A stretch of DNA of 64,000 nt from an uncultured Maricaulis sp. (GTDB lineage: Bacteria > Pseudomonadota > Alphaproteobacteria > Caulobacterales > Maricaulaceae), in contig NZ_CAXBKN010000001.1 of the NCBI RefSeq assembly GCF_963976135.1, positions 22,885 through 86,884 of the forward strand, given 5' to 3'. Shown in pieces: positions 63,118 through 64,000 of this stretch (the first letter of the stretch is position 1; the number at the start of each line of letters is the position of its first letter). A model generated the notes under the pieces. The model was given only the letters and a program-made list of their open reading frames with translations, made no database searches and was not told the DNA's origin. Position numbers and translations under genes: made by a program.

Positions 63118-63825
63118 ATGCGATCGCTGGTTTTCAATATCCTGTTCTGGGGCCTGTCGGCGCTGTTCGCCCTCGCCTGTTATGCCGCCGCCTGGCTGCC
63201 CTGGCGCGGCCCGCTTATGGCCGTCATAATCGCCTACGGTGCCACGACCCGTTTTTGCATGCGCTGGGTGGCGGGAATTGCCGTTGAAGTGCGCGGCCAG
63301 CCGCCGCGCGGTGAACCGGTCATCATAGCCGCCAAACACCAGGCCTATGCCGACGGCCCGTTGATGATGGCGATCGCCGGTGACCTCAATTTCGTCATTG
63401 GCAACGGGATCGAGAAATTCCCCCTGGTCAATCGCATCGTCCAGCGCGCCGGTGCGACCATGGTCGATGCCCAGGGCCATAACCGGGCCCAGGGCGCACT
63501 CAAGGAGAGCATCAGGCAGATCGCCGACGATCATCGCCCTGTCCTAATCTATCCGGAGGGGGGGATGGCGGCAGTCGGCGTAACCCGGCGTTACCGCAAA
63601 GGTGTATACATGCTCTATGCTGAGCTCGGCCGGAGCGTGGTACCGGTCGCAACCAATCTGGGCCTTCGATGGCCTGAAGAGGAATGGGACAAGCATCCCG
63701 GACCGGCCGTCATTGAATTCCTCGAACCGATCCCGCCCGGTCTGCCGCGCGAGATATTCATGCAACGCCTGCAGGATACCATCGAGACGCGCAGCCGCGA
63801 GCTCGAATCGGAGGGACGATCATGA
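63118..63825 (+). CDS. PlsC-like (lysophospholipid) acyltransferase, paralog 2
   Basis: MRSLVFNILFW, AAKHQAYAD (HX4D), IYPEG, VVPVATNLG; clearly similar to paralog 1. Confidence 0.88.
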   Translation: MRSLVFNILFWGLSALFALACYAAAWLPWRGPLMAVIIAYGATTRFCMRWVAGIAVEVRGQPPRGEPVIIAAKHQAYADGPLMMAIAGDLNFVIGNGIEKFPLVNRIVQRAGATMVDAQGHNRAQGALKESIRQIADDHRPVLIYPEGGMAAVGVTRRYRKGVYMLYAELGRSVVPVATNLGLRWPEEEWDKHPGPAVIEFLEPIPPGLPREIFMQRLQDTIETRSRELESEGRS

Positions 63826-64000
63826 GCGCCAAGATCGCAGGCGAGCTGATGACACAGCGGCGTTTCCTGCCGCTCTTGCTGGCGCAGTGCCTTGGCTCGC
63901 TCAACGACAACCTCTTCCGCTACGGGCTGGTGACCATGGTCACCTATAGCGGGCTGAGCCTGTTTGGACTCGAACGCGATATTCTCGTGCCGATCGCCGC
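63822..64000 (+). CDS. MFS transporter, LplT/Aas-associated type, partial
   Basis: ATGA overlap; MSAKIAGELMTQRRFLPLLLAQCLGSLNDNLFR matches the RRFxPLFxxQxxGAxNDNxFK N-terminus; runs off the window end. Confidence 0.7.
   Translation, partial: MSAKIAGELMTQRRFLPLLLAQCLGSLNDNLFRYGLVTMVTYSGLSLFGLERDILVPIA

Overview
A 64-kb, GC-rich, almost entirely core-genome segment of an alphaproteobacterium. It is most likely a dimorphic prosthecate Caulobacterales/Maricaulis-like organism, inferred from divK-pleD, an M23 peptidase-bactofilin pair and an RNase E with a GWW tail. In order it carries: the iscR-cysteine desulfurase-sufB start of an Fe-S operon with an inserted lipoprotein gene; anmK/tyrS; a large AsmA/YhdP-like gene; bcp; lmdC-bacA; frameshifted prfB; PBP1A; amiC; rne; M48 protease; recQ; clpAS; phasin; a D,D-carboxypeptidase; topA-rnr; rpmG; pleD-divK; ROK-dinB; thiSG; aroQ-accBC-aat; a class II ribonucleotide reductase homolog; two pentapeptide-repeat genes; aspS; a His-rich secreted protein; and a TetR-acyltransferase-acyltransferase-MFS cluster. 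I saw no rRNA, tRNA, IS, prophage or CRISPR. The most striking observation is the 989-aa NrdJ-like ORF (53924-56893). It is intact, but the catalytic NPCxE finger loop and the other RNR catalytic cysteine motifs are missing, while the C-terminal TSCPD-type domain and Zn-ribbon remain well conserved, so it is a candidate RNR-derived pseudoenzyme. Other leads are an SOS box before a ROK-dinB operon, two PlsC-like paralogs lacking phosphate-binding residues, a structured RNA candidate near aspS, a phasin with an N-terminal histone-like arm and a His/Met-rich exported protein. All family assignments come from motif recognition and memory; no database searches were run.
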